A DNA stretch of 63,867 nt, filler included, from Stramenopiles sp. TOSAG23-6 (Eukaryota): NCBI GenBank assembly GCA_900128565.1. It is 3 parts of 3 records of this genome, joined end to end, with 100 filler letters (N's around TTAATTAATTAA, not from the genome) between each part and the next. Parts side by side here need not be neighbours in the genome. Positions count along the whole stretch, not along the records: positions 43,876 to 63,867 come from LT636041.1; 2 more parts are not named here. One strand, given 5' to 3'. The notes below the pieces were generated by a model. The model was given only the letters and a program-made list of their open reading frames with translations. It had not been told where the DNA came from and ran no database searches. This document shows, in pieces, positions 44,929-56,800 of this stretch (position 1 is the stretch's first letter; each line of letters opens with the position of its first letter). Both the position numbers and the translations under genes were made by a program.

Positions 44929-46033
44929 TCATTTTTTTTTACTTCCTTTGTTTTCTTTCTCGGTACTTTCTATTTGAGTTTCATTTTTTTTTCCTCCTTT
45001 CTCGCCACTTTTTTCTTTTGAATTCATAAGCATTGTAGCACCTAAAGCACCAAGTTGACCAAAGAATTCCGTATTATTCCAAAATTGAAGTCCAAGATTT
45101 TCCGCAAAGATTTTATCGCAATCACTATGGTCGTCATCTCTTCCCGCAGCATCACCAACATAAAAACTCTTTTCTATACAAGGATATCGCTTTGTTTGTA
45201 AGTATTTTGGTAATAATAAACTGAGCAGTTTCCATAATGGGTGATTGCCACGTGTCAAACAATCAGTACAATTATCAGGAACTTTTTTATTTTTGATTTC
45301 ATGGGAACTCCATTTCCGAAATGCATCTTTGCTAGTTGCAACAAGAAAAAGAATTGGACATGGTAATTTTAAATGATTAAAAATAGATTCCATGCGAAAC
45401 ACTTTTTCAGATATAGATTTTTCAATTCTATCAATGCGTTTTTTTCGTAAAGAACCTTTCATGTATTTTGGAAAAATATTTCAAAAAAAATTCGTTAGGT
45501 ACGAAATTTCGTACAAAACAAAATTCGAAATTGAAAAAAAATAAAACATACAACTCGTCCGGGTGTTTACCACGGCCTGCAATATTAGCACCATTACTAA
45601 TAATCACAATTTGGTAACCAGCAGATGCTACAGTGTGTAAACTTTCACTTACACCAGGCATTAAATCACGGGGTATAGATAGTGGTGGAAGAACCTTGCT
45701 CCATGAATTGCCCTTGCAGATGCAACCATCAAAATCAAACGCAGCTATCGGTAAAACATTCTCATGTAACTTTGAAGAATGTGTCAACTGATCTATTGAA
45801 CCTTCAAACCAACGTACGAGGCACGTTGACTTTGTTTTCTTTCCAGAGGATAGTTTCACACAGTGTGCCGACCAATGCTCTGGTAGTTTACAACAATTGA
45901 ACGTTGGTTTACCGACACCTACTACTCCACTTTTTCGTATAGACGCAGACTTCATGAAATCGAATGCATTCTTCGGTTTAGAGGCAGACTTTTCTTCCAG
46001 GCGCATTCTTTTTGTGGGTCTATTCTCTGACAT
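44929..46033 (-). CDS. PNKP-type DNA 3'-phosphatase (HAD); exons 46033-45552, 45460-44929
   Basis: IAAFDFDGCI, GYQIVIISN and FYVGDAAGRDDDHSDCDKIFAENLGLQF. Confidence 0.88.
45461..45551 (-). other. Family intron, GT-AT (91 nt)
   Basis: GAG TT|GTATGT...AAATACAT|G AAA; the exon ends in TT, so the boundary cannot slide to AT-AC. Confidence 0.88.
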
Positions 46034-46287
46034 GGGAATAAATAACTCAAATCAAGACTTTAATATCAAGACAGGAAGATATTATAATGTGTCACAGCGA
46101 ATCATATTCTTGTCGATGTTGCGTTGACAACGAAGAAAATTGTTTTGCATTTCGATTTGATTTCGATTTGTCCGTTTTTTTGGTCCGTTATTCGTACAAA
46201 CCAAAGCAAAACAGTACAATAATAGCTTACGCTTACTACTGAATACAGCTAGTAAATTTTTTGTGTACTGGCATAACAAAATACATT

Positions 46288-49200
46288 ATGGATACAAGTG
46301 TTGATAGTCTTTCGTTATCAAAACTAGAGCGTGAACAACGCCAAAGTGATAAACGCCAGGCTTTCTATGGAGAATCGTCTTTTGAAAGTGACTCTTTCGA
46401 GGAGAATTCTTTCGAAGAAAGTTTAGGATCGGACAACTCATCCGGAGGATCTCTGCAATACATTACAACATCTCGAATTCAACAGCACATGGAATTTAAT
46501 AGTACAACAACATCTCATGTGGGAAATTATGATGTACCACAATTATCATCTGACAAATCGACCAAGAGTGAAGAAAGTTATTCGAGTCAAGCTACAGACG
46601 ATTACAACAATTCGTCTTTTGAAAAAGCAAGTTATGAAGCCGACAGCTTTGAATCAGGAGATAGTCACTCTGGTGATACGTATCAGCCTGTGGATCATGG
46701 AATAAAATCTAAATATGCATCTCAAAACTTGTCTGAAGCTCGCCGTGAATCTAAATTTGAACCAGACAATATTGAAACAACTCCTATTGTCATCAACGAT
46801 AAATATATTTTAAAAAAGATTATAGGAAATGGGAGTTTTTCTAAAGTTTGGTATGGAACAGAATCAACTACAGGTAGAGATTTTGCTGTGAAGGTTATGA
46901 AGTCATACAAAAGTGATAATTCTATTGACGCCCAGCGAAGACAAAAGGTTCTTATGAATGAAATTAAAATACTTTTGTATCTACAACAGTCTTTGTATAA
47001 GAATATTAGCAGGTTTGTAGATTGGTTTGAACATTCTGAAAAATTATATCTAATTACACCTTTGATGAGAGGAGGTACATTATTAGATAGGATAACAAAG
47101 GCAAAGCCTTACTCAGAAAAATTTGTTTCTGGTGTAATTTTTGAAATAACAAATAATTTGAAAAAACTGCATGAAAATGGAATTATTCATCGAGATATCA
47201 AACCTTCAAATGTAATGTATGAATCAAATACGATACACTCTTCGCTACATATAATTGATTTTGGTCTTTCTGTGCTAAATAACGATTGTGTTACAGGCAC
47301 TAAAATAGTTGGAAGTCCAGCATATATTTCTCCTGAAATATTAAGAAATAGAGAATACACTGTAGCTGGAGATGTGTGGAGTCTTGGTGTAATATTGTAT
47401 ATTTTACTCGCTGGTTCGCCTCCATTTCATGGGAAATCCCGAAATGAATTATTTAGTAATATTCGTAGAGGGCAAATAGTAATGACAGATGCTGTATTTG
47501 GATGTATTTCGAATGCAGCAAAAGATTTGCTTCGTCGAATGCTTCATATTGACCCTACCCTCCGTATTAGCACTGCTGAAATTCTGGAGCATCGATGGAT
47601 TAAACATGATATGTTTCTTAGTGAAACTCCAATTTATGAAACATTTACACGTTTACAGGAATATACTAAACAAAGGAGATATAAAGCAAATGAAAACGCT
47701 TGTATTTGGGGATCTGACAATCGTATATTTCATAATTCTTTAGATAATTCAATGTCAATAGTAAATACTATGCCAGCTTCGGTTTCTAATATTCAACATA
47801 ATATGGAATATGGAAATAGTCATATTGTCGCGAAAGCATTTGCGATAAAGTATAATCCACCTACAGTTGTGTTGCAGTATGTACATAACACTGAACCTGA
47901 ACACTTAAAAACGTTTGATATGGTGCTATCAGGTATACATAGAGGTAGTGAAAAAGACGGTATCGTTTATCAAATACTTTGGCGATTGCAGAAAAAGTTT
48001 GGTCCATTTTATGAGTTTGACAAAGGACAAATTCGTAATCTTGTAGAAAAACTCCTTAACTACACCCCCGTTATAAGCGGGTATAAGTCGTGCATCGATA
48101 AAGTATCAAATAATCTTGATTTTAGTAATCGCATTGAAGTTCAAGATGATAAGTATCACAATTCAAATAATACGACGAAAAAGGATAAAAATATATCACT
48201 ATCAATGCCAGTCATGTATGGATTGAAGTTTAATCCTCCAGCAATTGCATTGCAATATTTTGATGAAAATGCAAAAATTAAATTACCTCGAAGCATTATT
48301 ATTCGGATTCCCAACCTTGCACGAACTTCAAATGTTCAATTTGTATTTCAGAATGTTCTCCAAAGCATGCGAACTCGATTTTTATTATCAAATGTTGATT
48401 GTGATTTGATTGATAAGAAACAATTACTTCATTTAATACAAAAACTGATAGATAATTCACCAGATTTGAAAGAAAATGTATTAAATGAAAACAAATCGGT
48501 AGATACTAACAATGGCACCGATACAAATCAGATGAAACCAATACATATGAAATATTCATTTCAAAGTCATCCGACAGCGATGACATTGGTCCCTTTAAAT
48601 ACTGATGTACAGACAGGTGCAGGGACAGATTTATCTCCGTTTGTCGCTCAATTAAGAAGAATAAAAGAATCTTTGTGTATTCGCCGCATACAAAAATGGT
48701 GGCGTAAATTATGGAATGTTCGTAGACGTGGTCGACAATTTATTAATTTATGTAAGGAAAAGTTTCAATATTTAGAACAACAGATAATACATAATAGATC
48801 TTCCATGGAGGACAAACTAAATATACATTTAGATAAATTATCAAATGAAATAAAAATGTTGCACTTAAATTCCACAGAGCAATGTAACGAAATTCTGAAA
48901 AAAAAAATGGATAAAAATAATAACAAAGTAAATGATGTAATCCAAGTACAAAAACAGTTAAAAGACGAACTTTCTAAAACTTTATTGCAAAATGTAGAAA
49001 ATATTAGTCATAAAATGAATGATCAAATGAATAAAATATTCATAGAATTAAGTCTGAAATTAAATGAGACAATGGGAAAAAAATTTGAAGATATTCAAAA
49101 TTCATTTGAAGATTTCATAACAACATCAACTGTAAAATCCCCCATACTTGCTACCAATGCGGCGAACGTAGAAGCGAAGTTAAATACAGATATAAAAAAT

Positions 49201-49902
49201 GATGAATTGAGTTCAAAGTTTGTGAAAGAATATTTAAAGAAAGAACTTTCTGAAATTTCTGAATCTATGGAAAGGCAAAATAATGTTGCAATTAAGGAAC
49301 TTAGAGATTTAAATGAAAAGACAACAAACGATTTTTTAGAGATGGAAAGTCGATGGAAGGCTGTGGAGTCTGTGACACAGAATCTCAATCATCAGTCAAA
49401 AGATATAAAATTACAAATCAAAACACTGAAAAATGATCTGAAGGATGTTCCCGCTGCTGCAATAAAATTAGTAAATGCACTGGATGATTCGCATAATGTG
49501 AAACTAAATAGTGCTTTGAATAATTCGGCTAATATAAAGCAAAATGAAACAAATAACGTGAAAGAGACTCGTGAGTCAAAAGATTACCCTATTGTAAAAG
49601 ATACATCTTCATTTGTAAAGGTCATAGCGACAGGCCAACAGACTGTGCCTAATTTAATGACTACTGTTCAAGTCAAACCACAAACATCTGCAACTGAAAT
49701 ACCACTTGGGTTGAAATCAAGTGTACAATCTTCATTTCCTCTTCTTCGAAAACACACATTTGGTATTACGGATGAAATTACGTCAATGATATCTACTATA
49801 TCTAAACTATCAGCAGCATCAAAACGGGCACAACATGATCATCATAAGCGGATGAATTTATTGATGAACAGTAAAACAATATTGAAACCAAATTCATTTT
49901 GA
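46288..49902 (+). CDS. CAMK-group Ser/Thr kinase with two CEP19-like modules, an IQ motif and a coiled coil
   Basis: GNGSFSKV, AVK, HRDIKPSN, DFG, GSPAYISPE and DVWSLG; later AKAFAIKYNPPTVVLQY, YGLKFNPPAIALQY and IQKWWR. Confidence 0.88.
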   Translation: MDTSVDSLSLSKLEREQRQSDKRQAFYGESSFESDSFEENSFEESLGSDNSSGGSLQYITTSRIQQHMEFNSTTTSHVGNYDVPQLSSDKSTKSEESYSSQATDDYNNSSFEKASYEADSFESGDSHSGDTYQPVDHGIKSKYASQNLSEARRESKFEPDNIETTPIVINDKYILKKIIGNGSFSKVWYGTESTTGRDFAVKVMKSYKSDNSIDAQRRQKVLMNEIKILLYLQQSLYKNISRFVDWFEHSEKLYLITPLMRGGTLLDRITKAKPYSEKFVSGVIFEITNNLKKLHENGIIHRDIKPSNVMYESNTIHSSLHIIDFGLSVLNNDCVTGTKIVGSPAYISPEILRNREYTVAGDVWSLGVILYILLAGSPPFHGKSRNELFSNIRRGQIVMTDAVFGCISNAAKDLLRRMLHIDPTLRISTAEILEHRWIKHDMFLSETPIYETFTRLQEYTKQRRYKANENACIWGSDNRIFHNSLDNSMSIVNTMPASVSNIQHNMEYGNSHIVAKAFAIKYNPPTVVLQYVHNTEPEHLKTFDMVLSGIHRGSEKDGIVYQILWRLQKKFGPFYEFDKGQIRNLVEKLLNYTPVISGYKSCIDKVSNNLDFSNRIEVQDDKYHNSNNTTKKDKNISLSMPVMYGLKFNPPAIALQYFDENAKIKLPRSIIIRIPNLARTSNVQFVFQNVLQSMRTRFLLSNVDCDLIDKKQLLHLIQKLIDNSPDLKENVLNENKSVDTNNGTDTNQMKPIHMKYSFQSHPTAMTLVPLNTDVQTGAGTDLSPFVAQLRRIKESLCIRRIQKWWRKLWNVRRRGRQFINLCKEKFQYLEQQIIHNRSSMEDKLNIHLDKLSNEIKMLHLNSTEQCNEILKKKMDKNNNKVNDVIQVQKQLKDELSKTLLQNVENISHKMNDQMNKIFIELSLKLNETMGKKFEDIQNSFEDFITTSTVKSPILATNAANVEAKLNTDIKNDELSSKFVKEYLKKELSEISESMERQNNVAIKELRDLNEKTTNDFLEMESRWKAVESVTQNLNHQSKDIKLQIKTLKNDLKDVPAAAIKLVNALDDSHNVKLNSALNNSANIKQNETNNVKETRESKDYPIVKDTSSFVKVIATGQQTVPNLMTTVQVKPQTSATEIPLGLKSSVQSSFPLLRKHTFGITDEITSMISTISKLSAASKRAQHDHHKRMNLLMNSKTILKPNSF

Positions 49903-49999
49903 AGTTGATACTATTAACTTATTACGCAGNCAGTTTTGACGAATGTTATTAAAAATTATAAAGAAATATCAACAAACTATATCAGGAATCTAGATGACT

Positions 50000-50569
50000 T
50001 TATTTCTGTTTTTTTTGCTGTAGTTTTAACCCGGAAATTTTCAATACAGAATTTGTACCAAATTTCGTAGTTAACAAAGTTCGAATTTTCTGCTGAGTGT
50101 CACCTCCTTTAATATTAGGAGTATTTTTGACTTGTTTTGATCCCACGGCTCCCCGCCACTGCGTTTCCCTCTGTAAGTTTACATTGTATATCCAATATCC
50201 AATGGATAAAAGTGGAAGCAATAGTGTTAACATCAATGTTTTCCCAGTAAGAAAGCAAGATACCAAGGCTAATGTAAACAAAGTACGCATGAGATATGTA
50301 ATTAGGTTATCCTTGACTACCGGAGAGATTCCTGAAAGTGATAAACAACCACCTGATTGATCTCCATTACTGGCATCCTTCGCTAAAGAATATATAATCG
50401 TGGATAATACCATGAAGCAAAATGAAGTCACTCCTGCGTATTCATTGATTCTATTGTAATCTATATGGAGAAAATAAGCTAAAGTTTTAATTGACAAAAG
50501 AAAACCCGTTGCGAGAAAGATCAAAGTTACAGGCATTAAAATATCTTTTTCGTAACTTGAAGAAGACAT
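50000..50569 (-). CDS. Hypothetical multi-pass membrane protein
   Basis: 189-aa ATG ORF with about 4 hydrophobic segments. Confidence 0.6.
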   Translation of the reverse strand: MSSSSYEKDILMPVTLIFLATGFLLSIKTLAYFLHIDYNRINEYAGVTSFCFMVLSTIIYSLAKDASNGDQSGGCLSLSGISPVVKDNLITYLMRTLFTLALVSCFLTGKTLMLTLLLPLLSIGYWIYNVNLQRETQWRGAVGSKQVKNTPNIKGGDTQQKIRTLLTTKFGTNSVLKISGLKLQQKKQK

Positions 50570-50872
50570 GGAACAATACAGTATAAAATATAAACGGTCA
50601 ATTCCTCAAAAGACAAATGATAATTCGTTTGGCTCTGTGTCACTCTAACATTTATAAGCAAGAATTCAACTCAAGTGGCCATCGCGATCGGATCTGATGG
50701 CCAACAATCGAAATCCGGCGGCGTTTCTATTTTGCCGTTTCTTTTTCGGCGGTTTTTTTTTGGATCTTTGTTCATTCATTTCGGTTAAGTTTTAGTGTCC
50801 CCCACATAACGTTGTTACTATATAATACAAGAGTCTTTTCCCAAATTGCGACAACGATTGATTACTAAAAAC

Positions 50873-53800
50873 ATGAATGTTTCAGACAAAAACGATTTCC
50901 ATGTCCTCTCTCCTCGAGCTACATATAGAGGTGAGCAAGCAAACCCTCTTGCTGTTGCTCACGCGTCGGTTGAAACTCGACCTATCCCAGGCGTTCAAAA
51001 CCGACAACATATCGACAGCACACAGAGTAGAAAGTATAACCCTCGACAAGCTGTAAATGCACAAAGAGCCAATTTGGATCAAAGAGTACAAACTGGGGCA
51101 TCAGTGCAATCAAAAGAATATGAAAATGGTGTGAAAGAAAAACAAATTATGGGTATCTCTAAAAGTTTATTTTTAGCTATTACGATCGGTGCTATCGCCG
51201 TATCTGCGATAATTACAGGACTTTACGTTAAACATTTATCAACAAAGACAAAAATACAAATGATGCAGAATGAACTATGGGGTGCAAAAACAGAATTGAA
51301 GTTTAGTCAAGAGAATAACGGTGGTGTTTCATTTGAAACTCAGGCTCAAATTAATAAAATTGTCAAAACTTTGCCATCTTTAAAAACTACAGTAAAGGAC
51401 TTAAAACAGAGTAAGTTGCTCGTTGAAGAATCTACTGCTTCTAGAGCCGAAAATCAGCTAATATCTGGAGTGACCAAAGAAGAGGCGACTGCAATCGCAA
51501 AAGTGGTACAAGAAGAATCAAAAACAACACTTATCGCACGAATCAGAAAAGAAATTCTAGAAACTGAAGAAGCTATGAAAGAACTTGCGGCGGAAAGTGC
51601 AGATAATGACGATACAATTGCAAGTGTACGTAAATCACTTGAAAACACCAAACTAAAGCTCAAAAGGGTTGAGACGAGAAGTGATTTGGAGAAAACAGAT
51701 AAAGAGATAACGGCGTTGCTCATCGAATTAAAAGCGATTCTAACGAAAGTAAGAGAAGCACAGTCTCTCAGTGTCGGTAAGAAATTGAATACTATTGATA
51801 ATCAGTTGAATTCGTTAAATACTTTCAGTCGAACAAACAACGATAATGTTGAACTGCTACAAGCGCAGATCACCAGGATGCGTGATGAGCTTGGGCATGA
51901 AGAAAATGAAATGGAGCAAATCAAAAGTCAGGCAAAGAAAACTATAGCTCAGAGTAAGAAAACAACGGAATCGCTCAAGTCTTCCACCGAGTTAGACAGC
52001 CTCAGAGCAAGGGTAGATATTGTAAGACGGCAGTGTAACATATACAAGGAGGCACTTGAAGGAATACCATCAAGAAATGGATACGTAACAACGGCATTGT
52101 CAAAAATTGAAAAGGCGATGAGATCAGCAAAGTTAATGACTTCAGCATCTAATATTTTTGAAGCCAAAAAGAATACTAAAGATGCAGAATCTGAACTCGA
52201 CTCAGCTGTGTCGCCAGCTCACAATGCCCTTGGTAGTGAATCCTTGAGAATAGGTGACACTATGAAAGCATTTGCAAAAGGCATTACTGGAGATAAAGTC
52301 AAGCCTTGGATGGAAAAAATTTCGGAAGGGTTAGACTACGCAAATAATGCTATCTCCAATACTGAGGTGAGAAGCAAGAAAATGTTTATCGGGATGTTGG
52401 AAGATTCACAGGTTGCTTATGCAAATGCGGTGATTGGATTTGCATCAATATTAAAATTAAAACTAAAAGATCAAACTGAAAACAATCAGCGTCTCGAAGC
52501 TCTTAATTCTATTCGTATTGCGGAAACAAATGCAATGTTAGCTAAACAACGATCTGCACAAGGTCTGGGTTTGGTAAATATTAACATTGCCGTTAAACAA
52601 CTTGTCATCGCCAAAAACGCAAGTAATTCAGTTGAGACATTTAACAAAAATAAAGCAATATCTGACGTAAAAAAAATAACAGCAACGTTGCGTGCAATGA
52701 AAGATATTTTACCAAATAAATATCTACACAAAGCTGAAACACTCCTTACCAAGTCCGAGAGAAGTATTTCAATTGCAGAAGATTGGAAATCTACCACGCC
52801 TGATGTATTTAAGACAAATTTTAGCTACACAATACAATACTTAACAAATGCAATACTGGATGCAATGGTGCCTGGTCTGGATTCAAAACTTAAGGATCAA
52901 TCACGTTCAGATACACGAGAAAGGGCGTTGGGTGAAGTCGGTAAAGCAAAGATTGGCGCAACAAAGTCCAAGGAATTCGCAAAATATACCAAGTGGTCTA
53001 TGTCGTTGTCAAATCTAAAGCTTTCAATTTTATCACTAAAGGAAGCTGCATCGCCATTTTCATCAACTGAATCTCTTAACAATAATGTATTTATAACCAC
53101 GTTGCGCAACATGGCATCAGACGTACGAAGCATGAANAAATATTTAACGCCTTCAAATCAAAAAAAGTTGGTTGCTGATGTAAATTTGGCTGTACAAAAG
53201 GCAAATGAGGCTGAAAAGAATATGTTGGATAAACGTTTGTTTGCAAAAAATATCAGTGTGTCAATAAATATGTATGCATACGCAATTGGTGGCTTACTTT
53301 TTACTGGGGTAAACTTAAGACTTTTAGACATAAAGAGTACAGCTCGGGGAAAACATGCTCTCTTTGAAGCCAGTAAAGCATTTGATTATGCTATACAGAC
53401 TAAAAAACTAACCAAAAAAGATCAATTGTCCGAAGCTTTGTCATCAGTAGAAATTGCATTTGAATGCTTACAGGAAGCAGCTGCTGGACTTTCATCATCA
53501 AACTCTCAATTTGGTTTTGAAAAGAAAACAGTAATGGATAAATTGGAAAAATATCCAAAAACATTGCTCGCGATGGGCTTGCACTTGTCGAGTTCCAGAA
53601 AAAAAACACTCGAAAAGAAAGTAAAAAAAGCCGTGTCGGCTTTCAAAGATGCCAATAGTGCAAGAGCAGATAATGCTAGTTTCGACAAAGAGATAGCAAT
53701 AGCAATACAGTATTTCGGTGAAACTATGAACTTTCTTGGTTATCGATTGAAACCCAATGTAAATGCGATACCAGAGGGGCCTGATCAGATTAGCGCCACC

Positions 53801-56800
53801 AAAAAGATCAACATTGCCAGAGATGATGGAGATGCTGCAGCAACATTTGCCCAAAAAAATGACTTAAAATCGGCATTTCATAAAGTCGAAAATGCCTTTA
53901 TCGCATTGCAGGAAGCAGAACATGCTATTGTCATCGGATTGCTCAGAAGCATGGAAGAACCCTTGCTCAAGATGGCGGAACATGTCTTAAGTGTGGAAAA
54001 GAAAAAAAATACAATCTCCCGTATAAAAGGTGGGCGAGCATCTGCGGATACTGCAAATAGAAATATATCTGATGAAAAGAGATTTGCTGCAGATGCGAAA
54101 AAAACAGTGGAAAACTACGCCTTTGCAATAAAAGGTGAAATATTATCAACAATTCGTCAAAAATTAAGGATGTTGAATGATGATAAAAAACAAGACGCTT
54201 TAAACAAAACAGATACAATTGAAACAAATTCAGAAGCTGCGCAACAACTTGTAAATACTGGGGATTTTCGCCAGGCTTTGGAAAAACTTACACTCGCATT
54301 TCAGGAATTAAAAGAAACAGAAGCTATTATATCTCAGCGAGACGAAAGTTTTGACGATAAAGAAGCTGCGAATAAGGTATTAATAGAATTCGCGGAAACA
54401 TTACTTCCACTAAAAACGTATTTACCTGCTTCAAAGCGTAACAATATGGAAGAACAGTTGGAGCGAGCTGTCCGTTACGCAAAAACTGCAAAAAGTAAAT
54501 TTTCTAATGAAAAACAATTCAATAGGTTCATGAACCAATCAATTGAAGCGTATGCAAATACAATAAAAGGGGATGTAGCTAGAAGTATAAAAACCAATCT
54601 GGAAAGTCTAGAAGATAACGATAAACCCACCAGAGATTCCAAATTAAGAGCTAAAGATAATGCCGACGCAGCTGATGAGGATGCAAACTCATCTATAATA
54701 CTAATACGCGAGAAACAATTACAAAGTGGCTTTGTAAAACTTGTAAACGCAGTAAAAGCAATACAAGAAGCAGAAAGATCAATTGCGATTGTAGTACTTA
54801 AGGGAATGGCTTCTCCTTTGCGTGGTATCAAATCATACTTATCAGATGAAAAAAAGGTAGAAGAGGCTGAACGTTATATCAAACAGGCAAGTGATTCCGT
54901 TAACCGAGCAGAAGATGATATTACCAATGACATAACATATAAACGACTTATATCTGAATCGATAGGGAAATATGCAAGTGTAATATTGAATACATTATTT
55001 TTAGGAATAAAAAATGAAATCGACAAGCTACCAGAAGGTAAAGCAAAAGTGAGTGCTTTACAAGAAGTTGGTACAGCTAAAGCTGACGCGATAGCTGCTG
55101 AAAACTATGCAAAACACCAAGATGTAAAAACTTCATTGGGTAATCTACAGTCTGCGTATGTAGCAATGCAGAATTCTGCCGCAGCGTTTTCAGTAAAAAT
55201 TCTCTTAAATATGGCAGCAAATTTAAACATACTAAATAAACAAGTATCAAGTGGCATAGCCGAAAAGGAAGCATCTATGTATATTAAAGAAGCTATGCGA
55301 CTTGCTAAAGACGCAGAAGGAAACATAGCCGACAAAGATACATTTTCCGATTCTGCATGTGAATCAATAACTTACTATGCAATAGCAATACAGAATAAAA
55401 TTTTACCTAATCTTGAAGAAATGATTAAAAGGGAAATTCCATTAGGCACCGTGAGAGATGCTGCTTTAAAATCAGCTGATAGGACTAAAGATGAGGTAAA
55501 AAATATTCAAAAGCGGACTGCTGACACAAATTTTCCCGGAGCTTTTGAATTACTGAAGACTACATTTGCATCTTTGCAAACAACTGAAGCGTCATTTGAC
55601 ATAACAATGCTCTTAAAAATGGAATTATCATTAAAAGCAATGACTAAACATTTGACCGTTACAGCAAAAGATCGTACTGAAAAATTAATTGATGAAGCAG
55701 TGATACTTCGTGATGAAGCTGTCAAGAATTTGTCCAATCGCTCAATATACGAATCGTTTATGTGTAGGGCAATTAAAAAGTATGCGAAAAGTGTATATAC
55801 CGACATACTCCCAAGTATTAAACAAAAACTTGTACCTCATCTAGAAGGTGGTGAGAAAGCAAAAGCCATAGGTACATCTCTAGATTGTAAAGACAACGCA
55901 GAAAGTGCTGAACTCGAGGCGAATAAAAACAATTTACCCAAGGCTTTGCAAAATATCAAAACGTCATTTCACTCGCTTGAAATTGTAGAAGCTTTAGTTC
56001 CAGAAACAGACAAAGAATTTGTCATAATTTTAAAAAATATATCATCAACATTGAGAAATATGAAAGCATTTACAATTTCAAAGAAAACACAATCTGAAGT
56101 GGATGCATATGCAGCTCGTGCATATAGTTATACAAGTAATGCTGAGAATGTAGCACACAAAAATAAAACAGAATTTAACAGAAATATGGGATTAGCTATA
56201 ATAACGGATATACATAATATCACAAAAATAATGTATGCAGATATATATAAAAGTATAGATAATCAGCTAAAAGGTATTGCACATACACATGCTATAGAAG
56301 AACTGAGAAATGCAAAAAAAAAGTGTCAAGAGGCTGAAAACATTGTTGATGACACATCTTGGAAGAATGGCTTGCAGCTACTACAAGAAGGAGTAACTGC
56401 TCTTCAAAACACTGTGACTTTGTTGGATCTGGATAAGCCATACGTTGCAGATACTTTGATTAATATAGCTCGACCTTTACGACATATGAAAGCTTACATG
56501 ACGCACAATCTTGCCAGAAAAACTGAAAACTCAATAAATCAGGCAAATGCGGCAGCAATCAAAGCACTTGAATTTGTAACAGACCGAGTTCAATTTGAAA
56601 AATATGTGAGTACATCTATTAAATTATATGCCATCATTATGCAGACCGTCATCCAACCCGAAATAGTACGTAATTTTCAAAAGCTTCCAAAAGAAAACCC
56701 AACAGTAGCCGATGCAATCCGAATAACAAATTTAGTCCAAAAGTTATGCACTGACGCTCAATCGCTTATAGCTGGCGGTTCTAAATGGGGGGATGCGTTC

